Assembly (NCBI GenBank): GCA_025922715.1
Contig: JAICHH010000001.1
Coordinates: 1,266-65,265 of the forward strand
DNA from: Nitrososphaeraceae archaeon
GTDB lineage: Archaea > Thermoproteota > Nitrososphaeria > Nitrososphaerales > Nitrososphaeraceae
Length of the DNA: 64,000 nt
Reading direction: 5' to 3'
The notes beneath the pieces are model-generated. The model saw nothing but the letters and a program-made list of their open reading frames with translations. It had not been told where the DNA came from and did no database searches. Below are positions 1 through 10,455 of this stretch, piece after piece (the first letter of the stretch is position 1; each line of letters opens with the position of its first letter). The translations under genes and the position numbers were made by a program.

Positions 1-77
1 ACAAAGAAATTTTTACTAAAACTGCTAAATATATACCTGCACAAAAAAAACATATTATTGAAGAAACTAATATTAAT

Positions 78-1571
78 TTGGCGTATTTAAGTAATGATGA
101 ATTAATTGAATCATTACTAGTTCTTGCAAGGCTTAAGAATATACGTTCAAGAAGTATAGAAAAAATTAATATTCTTTTACAATTTCTTAAAAATGAATAT
201 GAAAAATTAGGGTTAGGTGATGGTTCTAAAAGGTATCATAACCTTCATCATAGTCTTGAGGTAGCATATGTGAGCTTGCAGATGTTACCTATAGAATTAC
301 ATGGATATTATTTTTCATCGGAAGATTATGAGTATATCTTAGTAGCAAGCTTATTACACGATTATGATCCTTATCAATATAATTATAAAACCAGTATAGG
401 ATTATATCGATTTGAAGGTCCTAAAGTTGAAAATACAATCAGAGAACTCAGGAAAATTAGGATTATAGATGCTTATTTTAATATGAATGAAATAGAGTTC
501 AAAAATTATTTCCGTCAATATCACTATCACTTATTACCCCCCGTTGATTATGTTACTACCCATCCTGAGTATGTGAAGTCTAACAAACCTCTCAAAAGTT
601 TAATAATTGAGGCCTTGATCTGGAGAACAGATTATCCATTTACAAAAAAACCCCAAGCTCAAAGAAATTACTACGAACTAATTGATAAAATTTCTCATTT
701 AATAGGATTATCCGAAAAATACATACTATTATCTGAAGTTTTATCTTTAGCAGATCTGTCAGTAACATATATGAGCTCGGATCCTATTAATGCATGGTAT
801 AGAGTAACAAGCCTATATGAAGAATTAAACCTTCCAAGATCTGAGGCTATTTCTAGAACTGATCAGTTTTTTTCTGAAATCATGAAAATTGAGTTATTTC
901 AAGAATTATTAAACAATCGTAATTTTTCTGGAGTTTTCAAGCAACGATGGAGTTTAGTTTATCAGTTTTATCATGAGGGTAATCCATCAACTCAAATAAA
1001 CAGGACAATAGAAAATGCTCAAATTTCATATTCAAAAATTAACTTACAAATTGGTATCCAAACTGGAGATATTTTGTACCATATAGCATTAGAGCATAAA
1101 GACGAATATTTTATAGGTATAAGTACTGATGAAGATGTTGTACTCCGTATTAAAGATAAATTTGCCAATTTGAAGCAACAAAATATATCTTGTTTTTGGG
1201 GTGATGCAAAAAAACTGCTACCTAATCTTCAATGTAGATCTATTGATAATATTTTATTTATACTGAATAATTTTCCTAATTTTAATAATCATAATGGGCA
1301 AGACCAAGAATTATTGTTATTATTTAAAGGAGTCTCAATATCTCTTAAAACCCACGGTACGTTTCAAATTCTTACTAATATAAATAAAAATAGCGATAAG
1401 GAAAAAGAAATAATAAAAATTGCATCAAATTATGGGTTTCAACTATTGAAAAGTAACCATGATCATAAAATATATTTCCCTCAATCATATATTCCAAAAG
1501 AATTTTTTCAAACGGATTCAGTTTCATTATTAGTATTTCATCTTTATGTTAATTCTACTATTGTAGGATGA
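78..1571 (+). CDS. HD-domain (PDEase-like) phosphohydrolase fused to C-terminal class I SAM-methyltransferase-like domain
   Basis: YHNLHHSLEV...LLHDYD...LADLS metal-binding pattern; C-terminal INLQIGIQTG..YFIGIS..FWGDAKKLL..SIDNI..LKTHGTFQILT follows the Rossmann MTase strand order; TTG start. Confidence 0.7.
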   Translation: MAYLSNDELIESLLVLARLKNIRSRSIEKINILLQFLKNEYEKLGLGDGSKRYHNLHHSLEVAYVSLQMLPIELHGYYFSSEDYEYILVASLLHDYDPYQYNYKTSIGLYRFEGPKVENTIRELRKIRIIDAYFNMNEIEFKNYFRQYHYHLLPPVDYVTTHPEYVKSNKPLKSLIIEALIWRTDYPFTKKPQAQRNYYELIDKISHLIGLSEKYILLSEVLSLADLSVTYMSSDPINAWYRVTSLYEELNLPRSEAISRTDQFFSEIMKIELFQELLNNRNFSGVFKQRWSLVYQFYHEGNPSTQINRTIENAQISYSKINLQIGIQTGDILYHIALEHKDEYFIGISTDEDVVLRIKDKFANLKQQNISCFWGDAKKLLPNLQCRSIDNILFILNNFPNFNNHNGQDQELLLLFKGVSISLKTHGTFQILTNINKNSDKEKEIIKIASNYGFQLLKSNHDHKIYFPQSYIPKEFFQTDSVSLLVFHLYVNSTIVG

Positions 1572-1646
1572 CATTTGCTAATCGTTCATTACCAAGAGTG
1601 TTCTTAAAAGTATATAAATAAATGAAAAAGTAGACTATTAAAAACA

Positions 1647-2717
1647 ATGACAAAAAAAATCCGGGTTGCAATAGTTGGGGTGGGAAACTGTGCTTCAGCG
1701 CTAGTTCAAGGAATCCACTATTACAAGTCAGTAAAGGAGAAGGATTCCATTGGTTTGACTGCATATGATTTGGATGGTTATACCCCTATCGACATTGAAT
1801 TTGTAGCAGCTTTTGATGTTTCAGATTCAAAAGTTGGCCTAGATCTTTCTGAGGCAATTTTTTCTAATCCGAATAACGCTAAAAAAATCACCGATGTTAA
1901 TAATTTGGATGTTAAAGTAAATAAAGGAAAAGTTTTAGACGGCGTAGGTAGACATCTTGCAGAAAAAATAAACTTATCCAATTATCCTACATCCAATATA
2001 TCAGAAATATTGAAAGATTCCCAAACCGATATCCTTTTGAATTATTTGCCCGTTGGAAGTCGGGAAGCAACAAAATTCTATGCAGAACAGTGCTTGGAAG
2101 CAGGCGTTTCATTTATCAATGCAATTCCGGTTTTTATCGCATCTGAGCCTCAATGGCAACAGTCATTTAAAGATAAGAATGTTTTGTGTGCAGGCGATGA
2201 TGTTATGAGTCAAGTAGGAGCCACAGTTGTGCATAAAACATTAGTAAAATTATTTATTGACAGAGGTGTTAAAGTGGATGAAACATACCAATTGAACATA
2301 GGTGGTGATATGGATTTTTATAATATGCTCGATACAGAGAGATTAGAGGATAAAAGAATAAGTAAAACCAGTGCAATTGAAGCAATGTCTCCATATTCTA
2401 TTCCTATGAGGATAGGCCCATCTGATTTTGTTGAATCCTTAAAAAATGATAAAGTATGCTATATTAATATTCGTGGTAAAAAATTTGGAAATATTCCAAT
2501 AGAACTAGATCTGAAACTCCGAGTAGCTGATGCATATAATAGTGCTGGAATAATGATCGATGCAATACGTGCAACCAAAATAGGACTAGATAGAGGATTA
2601 TCAGGAGTGTTAGAAAGTGTTTCGGCATATTGTTTTAAACATCCTCCAATCCAAATGTCGTATACTCAAGCAAAAGAAAAATTTCTGAGATTTATTAATG
2701 GAGAACTAGACACATAA
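1647..2717 (+). CDS. ino1: myo-inositol-1-phosphate synthase
   Basis: IRVAIVGVGNCASALVQG NAD-binding start, NYLPVGS, GDD, YQLNIGGDMDF, SKT. Confidence 0.93.
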   Translation: MTKKIRVAIVGVGNCASALVQGIHYYKSVKEKDSIGLTAYDLDGYTPIDIEFVAAFDVSDSKVGLDLSEAIFSNPNNAKKITDVNNLDVKVNKGKVLDGVGRHLAEKINLSNYPTSNISEILKDSQTDILLNYLPVGSREATKFYAEQCLEAGVSFINAIPVFIASEPQWQQSFKDKNVLCAGDDVMSQVGATVVHKTLVKLFIDRGVKVDETYQLNIGGDMDFYNMLDTERLEDKRISKTSAIEAMSPYSIPMRIGPSDFVESLKNDKVCYINIRGKKFGNIPIELDLKLRVADAYNSAGIMIDAIRATKIGLDRGLSGVLESVSAYCFKHPPIQMSYTQAKEKFLRFINGELDT

Positions 2718-2939
2718 TAATTTATTTAAAATTATGTTGTTTGTTTATTTTTTATCTATCAACCAAATAAAATTATATGACAAACTCCAAACTCAAGATC
2801 TTCTTCATTTTTAAATTCAGTAGGGCTAGTTTCATCATTGTTTGCCAAAATGCAGTGAATTATATAAAATAAAAAGTTATCTGTTCTATTTTATTACAGA
2901 TATAGATTTATTATTGCAAAAGTTGTATTCATTTAAATG

Positions 2940-3710
2940 TCAGTGGTCATTTGTAGCATCATTCCACAAGTAGTTAAAATAATCTTTTGCATATCCTGCT
3001 AGCCCCGGATGCTCTGCCCAGATTGCAATGGGTTCAGATTTACCCTTTCTATTGCCCTCTTCTCCTAATAAGATTAAAACTTGAGTGCCATCACCGATAA
3101 CTCCTCCACCAAACAAATTATCTTTAATTCTTACATCTGCGATTCTTGAAATAGTTTTTATAATTTCTGTACTTGTTTCTTCTGAAACAAGAACTACAAT
3201 TCTTATACCTTTGTCATGTAAACTTCGTAACATAGGTTGTAATGGTTTAGCTATTTCCTGTGCTATTTGTGGTAACGCTATTAACAATTCTCTTTGGCTA
3301 TTCTGAATGATCTCGCTTACTTTACCTGCAATGTTATAAAACCCTCTTACTACCCATATTTCTGGTTTTTCTTTTATTCCACTTTTTTCATAAATAGGCA
3401 TTAGTTCATTTCTAATGATTTCCTCATTACTTTTAATTTCATTTTCTTTTTGGAGCCTTATTGCATCTAATGCAGTAGAAGGAGATTTTGGAAAAAATGT
3501 TTGTGGCCTAGAACTATCTGATTCAAGCCAAACTTTATTTTCCAAACTATTCAATACTTCATAAATTTTTGAGTAGGGAACACCTGAGGTTTTACTTATA
3601 TCTGCTGCTGTCATAGAACCATGTTCTAATAATGATAAATATACTTTAATTTCATAACTTGTCAAGCCAAGACTTTCCATTGATTTTCTCGACTTGTCGG
3701 TAATATTCAT
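2940..3710 (-). CDS. TrmB-family (sugar-sensing type) transcriptional regulator
   Basis: LGLTSYEIKVYLSLL..ISKTSGVPYSKIYEVLNSLENKVW wHTH plus C-terminal effector domain; the ATG at 3710 is a more likely start than 3752. Confidence 0.88.
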   Translation of the reverse strand: MNITDKSRKSMESLGLTSYEIKVYLSLLEHGSMTAADISKTSGVPYSKIYEVLNSLENKVWLESDSSRPQTFFPKSPSTALDAIRLQKENEIKSNEEIIRNELMPIYEKSGIKEKPEIWVVRGFYNIAGKVSEIIQNSQRELLIALPQIAQEIAKPLQPMLRSLHDKGIRIVVLVSEETSTEIIKTISRIADVRIKDNLFGGGVIGDGTQVLILLGEEGNRKGKSEPIAIWAEHPGLAGYAKDYFNYLWNDATNDH

Positions 3711-4320
3711 TGAACCAATTTTAATTGTTTCAAGTAATATATGTATGTTCAATTATATATTAATGTTAAACCGTTAAACTTTCTATTTTTCGATCTTTTT
3801 GTTATTATGAAAATGTTTTTAGCATTTTTGAAGTTACATTTTGCATTCTCGTTTAATACTTCAATGTACAATATAGATCAATCAAATTAAATAGAGTAAT
3901 CTTCTACCATATTTTTTATTTAGTATATTAATAGAGTTAAGAATAGCTTTTTGCAATCTCTTATACTTTCTTAAACCAAATAGATATCCTTAAAATAGGA
4001 ATTGTTTCTGTTAATTTTTTACAAAATCTACAAATCCTTACATTATGTGTAAGGGAAACTGATATGATATTCAAAATAGAATTTTTTTGAAAGACATACC
4101 AATTAATGCACCTATTACTCTATAATTGAATTTGTGAATGTTATTTCGCTTAATCATAGGATTATTTCTCATGAAGTATAAATTCCAAGAAAATTTAAAA
4201 TGTCAATTTTTCTACTATCTTTCAAATTTTGTATAATAATTAATTATATAATCAAAAAAGAGGAAATTATACTAAGTTTATCTTTTAAATAAGGGAGAAT
4301 TAATTATTTTCTGATCAAGG

Positions 4321-4332
4321 AAAGTTTAATAA
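4321..4332 (+). promoter_or_regulatory. BRE/TATA promoter of aEF-2 (probably leaderless)
   Basis: AAAGTTTAATAA ~25-35 nt upstream of ATG 4356. Confidence 0.5.
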
Positions 4333-4355
4333 TCTATTTAATTTTTTTTTTCTAT

Positions 4356-6557
4356 ATGCCTAAATTCAAATCAACTCAAGATATTATTAGAATTATTGAT
4401 ACTAAAGATCAAATACGTAATTTTGGTGTTATTGCTCATGTAGATCACGGTAAAACTACCATGAGTGATAGTCTTTTAGCTGCATCAGGAATTATTTCCC
4501 CTTCTGTAGCAGGACAAGCATTAGCTCTCGATTCAATGAAGCTTGAACAAAATAGGCAGATGACTATCAGAGGAGCTAATGTAACACTATTTTATGAGCA
4601 CGAAGGTAAGGAATATGTTATAAATATGATCGATACACCTGGGCACATTGATTTTACTGGTAGAGTTACAAGAGCTTTACGTGCAATTGACGGGGTAGTA
4701 GTTGTTTCTGACTCTGTAGAAGGTATCATGACTCAGACTGAAACTGTAACAAGACAAGCTCTAGAGGAAAGAGTTAGACCTGTCCTTTATATAAATAAAA
4801 TAGATCGATTGGTAAAGGAATTACGTCTAGATCCACCTGCAATGCAAAAATGGCTATCAAATATTATCGCAGAGTTCAATAAATTAATAGATATTTATGC
4901 AGAACCAGAATTGAAAGAGAAATGGAAGGTAAGCATACAAGCCAATAATGTAGCCTTTGGATCTGCTAAAGATAGATGGGGATTTAATTTTAAGGTAGCA
5001 CAAAAAAAAGGGTTCAGTTTCAAAGATGTTTATGATGCATATACTTCTGATGATCCATCTAAGATCAAAGCTCTTTCTGAGAAAGTACCCCTTCATGAAG
5101 CAGTTCTAGGTATGGTTGTTCAACATCATCCTCCGCCTTATATAGCTCAAAAATATAGAATCCCAAAGATATGGCCAGGAGATCTAAATTCTGATATTGG
5201 GAAGTCATTGGTAAATTGTGATGAAAAAGGTCCAGCAGTTATGATGGTGACTACAATTAATGTGGATCCACAAGCTGGCAGAATAGCTACAGGAAGATTA
5301 TTTTCAGGTACTATTAAAGATGGAGATGAGGTTTATTTAATTGATGCCAAACGGCCTGGGAAAGTTCAATCCGTAAACATCTATATGGGAAATACTAGAG
5401 AAGTTGTGAGTGTTATACCTGCTGGTAATATTCCTGCTCTTTTAGGTTTAGATTATGCCGTTGCTGGTGAAACAATTTCTAGCGTTAAAAATATAGTTGC
5501 TTTTGAATCCATTAAATATGTTTCTGAACCTGTTGTAACAATTGCTGTAGAAACTAAACATCCAAAAGATCTTCCTAAGCTCGTAGAAGCTCTTCGTAAA
5601 ATAACAGTTGAAGATCCAAATCTTATTATCAAAATAAATGAAGAAAGTGGAGAAACATTAATGGCTGGAATGGGAGTATTACATCTTGAGATCGCTACAT
5701 CACTGTTACAAGAAGCAGGTCTATCTATAACTACCTCCCAACCTTTAATCAATTATAGAGAAACGATTCGTTCCAAAGGCGGACCAATCATGAGTAAATC
5801 TCCTAATAGACATAATAAAATATTCATGAGAGTAGAACCACTTAAAGACGATATTATTGAAATGATTAAAACTGGACACATAAAGGAAGATATGGATAAA
5901 AAGGAATTAGCCAAAATCCTCAGAGAAAAGGGATGGAATGCAGATGAAGCGAGGAATGTTAGCGCTATTGATCCATCAGGAAATATGTTGATCGATGAAA
6001 CTAAAGGTGTTCAATTTATTCAAGAATCAATGGACTCTATCAAATCAGGATTTGATGACGTAGTGCATTCAGGAGCCCTAGCACATGAGACTCTACGAGG
6101 TGTGAAATTTGTTCTTAACCATTTTGTGCCACACGAAGACCCTGCTCATAGAGGATTAGCACAATTGATGCCGGCAACAAGAAGATCGATGTTGGGCTCT
6201 ATGTTAATTGCAGATCCAGTACTTTTGGAACCTATACTAGGAATCGAAGTAAAATGTCCTCAAGAGCAAATAGGTACAGTAGCAGGAATTTTATCCGGAA
6301 AACGAGGTAAATTATTAAATGTTGACCAAAAAGGTGTTATAGCTATTATGCAAGGTGAGGTTCCAGCTTCTGAAACTTTTGATTTATCAGAGGTTATGCG
6401 TGGCGGGACAGCAGGTAAAGCAATGTGGAGTACTTACTTTAAAAGTTGGCAAGCCGTTCCTCAGTCTGTTATAAGAACACTTATTGCTGACGTACGAAAA
6501 AGAAAAGGTCTTAATCCAGAACCTCCAAGTCCTGATGAATTTATTGACAAAGAATAA
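4356..6557 (+). CDS. fusA: translation elongation factor aEF-2
   Basis: AHVDHGKTT, DTPGH, NKID, KSPNRHN, diphthamide loop HEDPAHRG. Confidence 0.98.
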   Translation: MPKFKSTQDIIRIIDTKDQIRNFGVIAHVDHGKTTMSDSLLAASGIISPSVAGQALALDSMKLEQNRQMTIRGANVTLFYEHEGKEYVINMIDTPGHIDFTGRVTRALRAIDGVVVVSDSVEGIMTQTETVTRQALEERVRPVLYINKIDRLVKELRLDPPAMQKWLSNIIAEFNKLIDIYAEPELKEKWKVSIQANNVAFGSAKDRWGFNFKVAQKKGFSFKDVYDAYTSDDPSKIKALSEKVPLHEAVLGMVVQHHPPPYIAQKYRIPKIWPGDLNSDIGKSLVNCDEKGPAVMMVTTINVDPQAGRIATGRLFSGTIKDGDEVYLIDAKRPGKVQSVNIYMGNTREVVSVIPAGNIPALLGLDYAVAGETISSVKNIVAFESIKYVSEPVVTIAVETKHPKDLPKLVEALRKITVEDPNLIIKINEESGETLMAGMGVLHLEIATSLLQEAGLSITTSQPLINYRETIRSKGGPIMSKSPNRHNKIFMRVEPLKDDIIEMIKTGHIKEDMDKKELAKILREKGWNADEARNVSAIDPSGNMLIDETKGVQFIQESMDSIKSGFDDVVHSGALAHETLRGVKFVLNHFVPHEDPAHRGLAQLMPATRRSMLGSMLIADPVLLEPILGIEVKCPQEQIGTVAGILSGKRGKLLNVDQKGVIAIMQGEVPASETFDLSEVMRGGTAGKAMWSTYFKSWQAVPQSVIRTLIADVRKRKGLNPEPPSPDEFIDKE

Positions 6558-6631
6558 TCTAGCAAACCTAAATATTTTTTATACCATTCATATTATTTTT
6601 ATATTTTGGTATTAAACGGATTTTACACAAT

Positions 6632-7819
6632 TTAGTAATTCCAATGTATCAAACTAGTTGCTTTGTCATGTAATTTTTTATCAAAAGTTTTTATATCTAC
6701 CTCTTTAAAGGGATTTATTTTTTCTAACACCGGTGGAGCTCCATTGTTATCTAATGTTGATTTATTTTTTAGTTCTTCAAGTATCTTTTCTTGTAACTTT
6801 GGATGACATATTCTACTATGATATATACATCCTAGTGATCCATTAATCATCTCTTTCAAATGTGCTTCTCCTTTGTCCTCATGAAAGTGCGGATTTCTGG
6901 TTTCAACCTGCATTACCTCTACACCTTTATCCATTGCCTCTTGATTTTCTGTAGGTAATATTCCACCAAATTGTTCAAGTAGATTCACAATTTCATAAGT
7001 TTCTACAGAGAACCCTGAAGAAAAATTAAGTAATTCTGCAAGTTTGATAGACATACAATGTTCACCTGAATTTCCAGTTCGCATTACTTCAGTTTCAAAT
7101 CCAGTATAATATGAAATAAGAGAATTTAAATAGTAATTAGTTATTTCAGAAACTCTACCCCATTTTGAAAAATAAATTCCGCTTTCAGAAATCTTGGGTT
7201 TATAAATCCAAGAAACTCTTATCATCTTATAAGGTGTGTCGGACATTGCAATTCCTGATGCAAAAATTTTTACATATTCATTGACAGCACCAGGTACATA
7301 ATTATCTCCATCAATGAAACCGACATATTCTTTTTGAGCCATTTTGGCAAGAAGCATTCCTAATACCATTCCTTCTGCCTTGCCGTTTCTAATGAGTTGA
7401 TCAGAACCTATTAACTCATTGTAATTTACTTCTCTTAAGGTCTCAGCAAGACCTTCATCTCGTTGATGAATAATTAAGGCATTTTTGTTAGCAAATCGAT
7501 TAAATTGTTGAAGTGACTCTTTCTCTAATTTGTATCTATCAACTGGTTGGCGAGGACTATTTGAAACTATAATAGTCATACAGTCATGAGGAATTCCACT
7601 TAAAACACCCTCTAAGAGCTTCAATCTTTCGTTTTTTATGGGAATGACTATGGCCATCTTACTTTCTATCTCTGAAATTTGCTCATTGCCAACTCCGGTA
7701 ATATTTTCTGACACTTTTTTTCCTTTATCTGAACCAGAATCAAGCTCAAAGACCCGCTGGACACCATGAAGACTTATTGATCCAAATCTTTCAGTAAATC
7801 TAGGTAAATCTAATTTCAT
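6632..7819 (-). CDS. mpgS: mannosyl-3-phosphoglycerate synthase (GT55)
   Basis: ERFGSI, LEGVLSGIPHDC, RNGKAEGM, GFIDGDNYVPGAVNEY, WGRVSE, ETRNPHFHE. Confidence 0.93.
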   Translation of the reverse strand: MKLDLPRFTERFGSISLHGVQRVFELDSGSDKGKKVSENITGVGNEQISEIESKMAIVIPIKNERLKLLEGVLSGIPHDCMTIIVSNSPRQPVDRYKLEKESLQQFNRFANKNALIIHQRDEGLAETLREVNYNELIGSDQLIRNGKAEGMVLGMLLAKMAQKEYVGFIDGDNYVPGAVNEYVKIFASGIAMSDTPYKMIRVSWIYKPKISESGIYFSKWGRVSEITNYYLNSLISYYTGFETEVMRTGNSGEHCMSIKLAELLNFSSGFSVETYEIVNLLEQFGGILPTENQEAMDKGVEVMQVETRNPHFHEDKGEAHLKEMINGSLGCIYHSRICHPKLQEKILEELKNKSTLDNNGAPPVLEKINPFKEVDIKTFDKKLHDKATSLIHWNY

Positions 7820-7901
7820 ATATTTCTCTCCTTTTTAGTAAGAACCAAATTAAAACGAGACTTACATATATTTAAATCAGATAATATTGTAATAATAAAT
7901 T

Positions 7902-8072
7902 TTAATTGTAGAAATGATTTAGTATATCTTTATGTACTATGTTTCTAAAATTATTATCAATTTTTAGACTCTCTTTTTCTATATTTTCATCATCAAGTAC
8001 TCTAAGTAATTTAATCAACGATTTTTCGTCAATAAATGATTTTAATACCCTCTCGAATGATTCGTCCTTCAA
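7902..8072 (-). CDS. possible 56-aa hypothetical protein or gene remnant (MKDESFERVLKSFIDEKSLIKLLRVLD...)
   Basis: Manually translated open frame, TTG 8072 to TAA 7902, protein-like composition; below the ORF-track cutoff. Confidence 0.3.
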   Translation of the reverse strand: MKDESFERVLKSFIDEKSLIKLLRVLDDENIEKESLKIDNNFRNIVHKDILNHFYN

Positions 8073-8246
8073 TTTAGTAAAGAATTGATACTATTTTATT
8101 TAACTGATATTCAATCTGATAACACTAGAATTTTCCCTTTTTTTTTTAAATAAAATTGCTCTAGTTTTTAACTATACATATGTTCTCAATTAATTTGAAG
8201 AGATAAATTTGTATGAATATAAAACTTAATGAACTTTAAATATGTT

Positions 8247-9068
8247 TTAAATGATTCGATTTTTAAAAGTCTTTGCAATTATAAATGGTGCAATCATTAA
8301 AGCAGGAATACTTATAACAATAAATACAGTTTGAAACGATGCTAATATCGATATAGTTGTGGTTCCAGCACTAAATCCAAAAATTGCTGCTATTATACTA
8401 CCTGCACAAGTAGGACATCCAATAAATAATCCACATGATGCACCAATACCTCCTATAACTCTTGATTTATTATTATTATTATTTTTTAATCTTTTTATCA
8501 TAAAAGTATTTATTGAAATATTAAAGCCTACTAAGAAAGAAACAATAAATACTAATGCTATATTAATTGGAATTAGAAAGATAAAAAAATATTCAGCTAA
8601 ATAAACATATGTTATAGGTACATACCCTATTGTGTTACAACATGGAATTATTTTTATTGAGGGATTAAATTTAGTATCTTCAAAAGAATTTGATCTATTA
8701 TCAGTAAAGACAAATATCTGAGAAAGAAAACTAAAAATAATACCATAAAAAATTCCAGATAATATCATTATTAAAATGTATCTTTTTTCTTTAAATGGTA
8801 AGGAAATGAAATATTTTAATTTTTTTTTTGATGGTTCATTTGAAACATAACAATTCCACAAACCGAAACAAATAGCTATTGATGAAATAAACGTTATTAT
8901 TAGTATTCCTATTGATATGTTAAATAAGACAGGTGTAAACATGATTATTTCATTAAAATTTGGATTAGTAAATTTTGAATAAAAAATATAAGAAAATATT
9001 AATGATGAAACGCTAAAGATTATTATTCTTAGACCTTTATTCAATAAAATATTCTCTTTTATCCTCAT
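8247..9068 (-). CDS. multi-pass membrane protein with Cys motifs (CC; CGLFIGCPTC)
   Basis: About 6 hydrophobic segments; IIPCC loop and GASCGLFIGCPTCAG. Confidence 0.75.
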   Translation of the reverse strand: MRIKENILLNKGLRIIIFSVSSLIFSYIFYSKFTNPNFNEIIMFTPVLFNISIGILIITFISSIAICFGLWNCYVSNEPSKKKLKYFISLPFKEKRYILIMILSGIFYGIIFSFLSQIFVFTDNRSNSFEDTKFNPSIKIIPCCNTIGYVPITYVYLAEYFFIFLIPINIALVFIVSFLVGFNISINTFMIKRLKNNNNNKSRVIGGIGASCGLFIGCPTCAGSIIAAIFGFSAGTTTISILASFQTVFIVISIPALMIAPFIIAKTFKNRII

Positions 9069-9170
9069 AGTTGTGAATTACTATACTAAACTAGAACACC
9101 AAAAATAAATTTTATTATTAGATGAATATATGAAAAATTTATCTCGTAGTTTGTCCTAGTATTAATAGAT

Positions 9171-9605
9171 ATGAATGACATTTTTTCATCAAATGATGAA
9201 TACATTCCAGTAGAAATTAGTAATATTGGTTACGCTGATCATTTGGGATTGGAAGGTTTTTTAATTTTGAAATCAATCGAAGGAAAGGAATTTCCTATTA
9301 ATGCATTTTCGGGTGAGGTCGCAAAACATATACTTCGGTTCAGAGAAGGAGACAAGAATACTATTCCTACAATATATAATCTAGTTGAAGAAATAGCTGT
9401 AATGCAAGATCTATTATTAATGGAAGTCAGAATATATATGAGCGGATCAGTACTACGTGCTAACCTATATTTTAGAGGAAGAAAGGATACACTTATTCTA
9501 AGAAATTACCGAGCATCTGATGCGATTGCCCTAGCATCATATTATGACGTTCCTATAAAAGTGAGAAAAAACTTATTTGAAGATGAATTACAAACTACAG
9601 AATAA
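9171..9605 (+). CDS. bifunctional nuclease (DUF151/DNase-RNase) family protein
   Basis: FPINAFSGEVAKHI, PTIYNL, RASDAIALA..PIKV signature. Confidence 0.8.
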   Translation: MNDIFSSNDEYIPVEISNIGYADHLGLEGFLILKSIEGKEFPINAFSGEVAKHILRFREGDKNTIPTIYNLVEEIAVMQDLLLMEVRIYMSGSVLRANLYFRGRKDTLILRNYRASDAIALASYYDVPIKVRKNLFEDELQTTE

Positions 9606-9923
9606 CCCAAGCAGAAACTTAATTTCTTTATTTTGTTAATCACTCTTAGTATATAGATTTAAGGAGATATTGTTATCTTTGATTAATATGGACATTAATA
9701 TAGACATTAAATAAATTTTATAAAGAATTATTTCTATTTTTCAGCTCATAGTTTTTTTAATAAATTAAAATTTTATTGTTATTGTACTAATAAAAAATCA
9801 TTATTGTCTTTTTAGCAGTAAATAATGGAATCGACCCATAATACTTTAGTAATTACATTGTTATTTGTTTTCAATGGTTTAATGAATAAATACATATACT
9901 CAGTCAGTCGTAGACTTATTATA

Positions 9924-10379
9924 ATGATACAAAAACATTCAAATTATTTTGCAATAATAGGATGTGTTTTAACAAGTTCCTTATTAGGATATGCTTTTGT
10001 TGTGGATTCTTTTGGTGTTATGGATCAAAACTTGTTTCATTCGACTACAGGTGGCTCGTTGGATGTAAATATTACTTCATCTCCTGAAGTTATTATTACA
10101 GATAACGAAGCAAAATTCAAGATCAATTTTTTTGAACCTGGTACTAATAAAATTCAGGTTCATGTTGATTATGATTTTCAGGTCTTAGAAAATGGAGAAG
10201 AAATATTTTCAGCAGCAAAACAAATTAATCAACCCCTCCTCCATACAGCAGAAGGTTCTGTGACTATTCCATTTGTGTTTTCTTCTCCTGGAATTTATTC
10301 AATTAAGATACCTGTTTTAGGGATAAACTTTATTCCTATAAACCCAGAATATGCTGAATTCAAATTTGTTATAAAATAA
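9924..10379 (+). CDS. secreted/surface protein with Ig-like beta domain
   Basis: N-terminal hydrophobic segment, then TTGGSLDV..QVHVDYDF..LHTAEG..GINFIPI; start at 9924 preferred over 9825. Confidence 0.65.
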   Translation: MIQKHSNYFAIIGCVLTSSLLGYAFVVDSFGVMDQNLFHSTTGGSLDVNITSSPEVIITDNEAKFKINFFEPGTNKIQVHVDYDFQVLENGEEIFSAAKQINQPLLHTAEGSVTIPFVFSSPGIYSIKIPVLGINFIPINPEYAEFKFVIK

Positions 10380-10455
10380 TTGATTGATTTATCTTTATCA
10401 ATTTTTTATATAACTTAACACTTTTTATTTTGTAAGGTTCCTATACTTTATTGCT

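Noticed and set aside
2759-2848. 29-aa acidic minus-strand ORF (MANNDETSPTEFKNEEDLEFGVCHIILFG)
   Set aside because: Too short and without a motif; cannot be supported without homology
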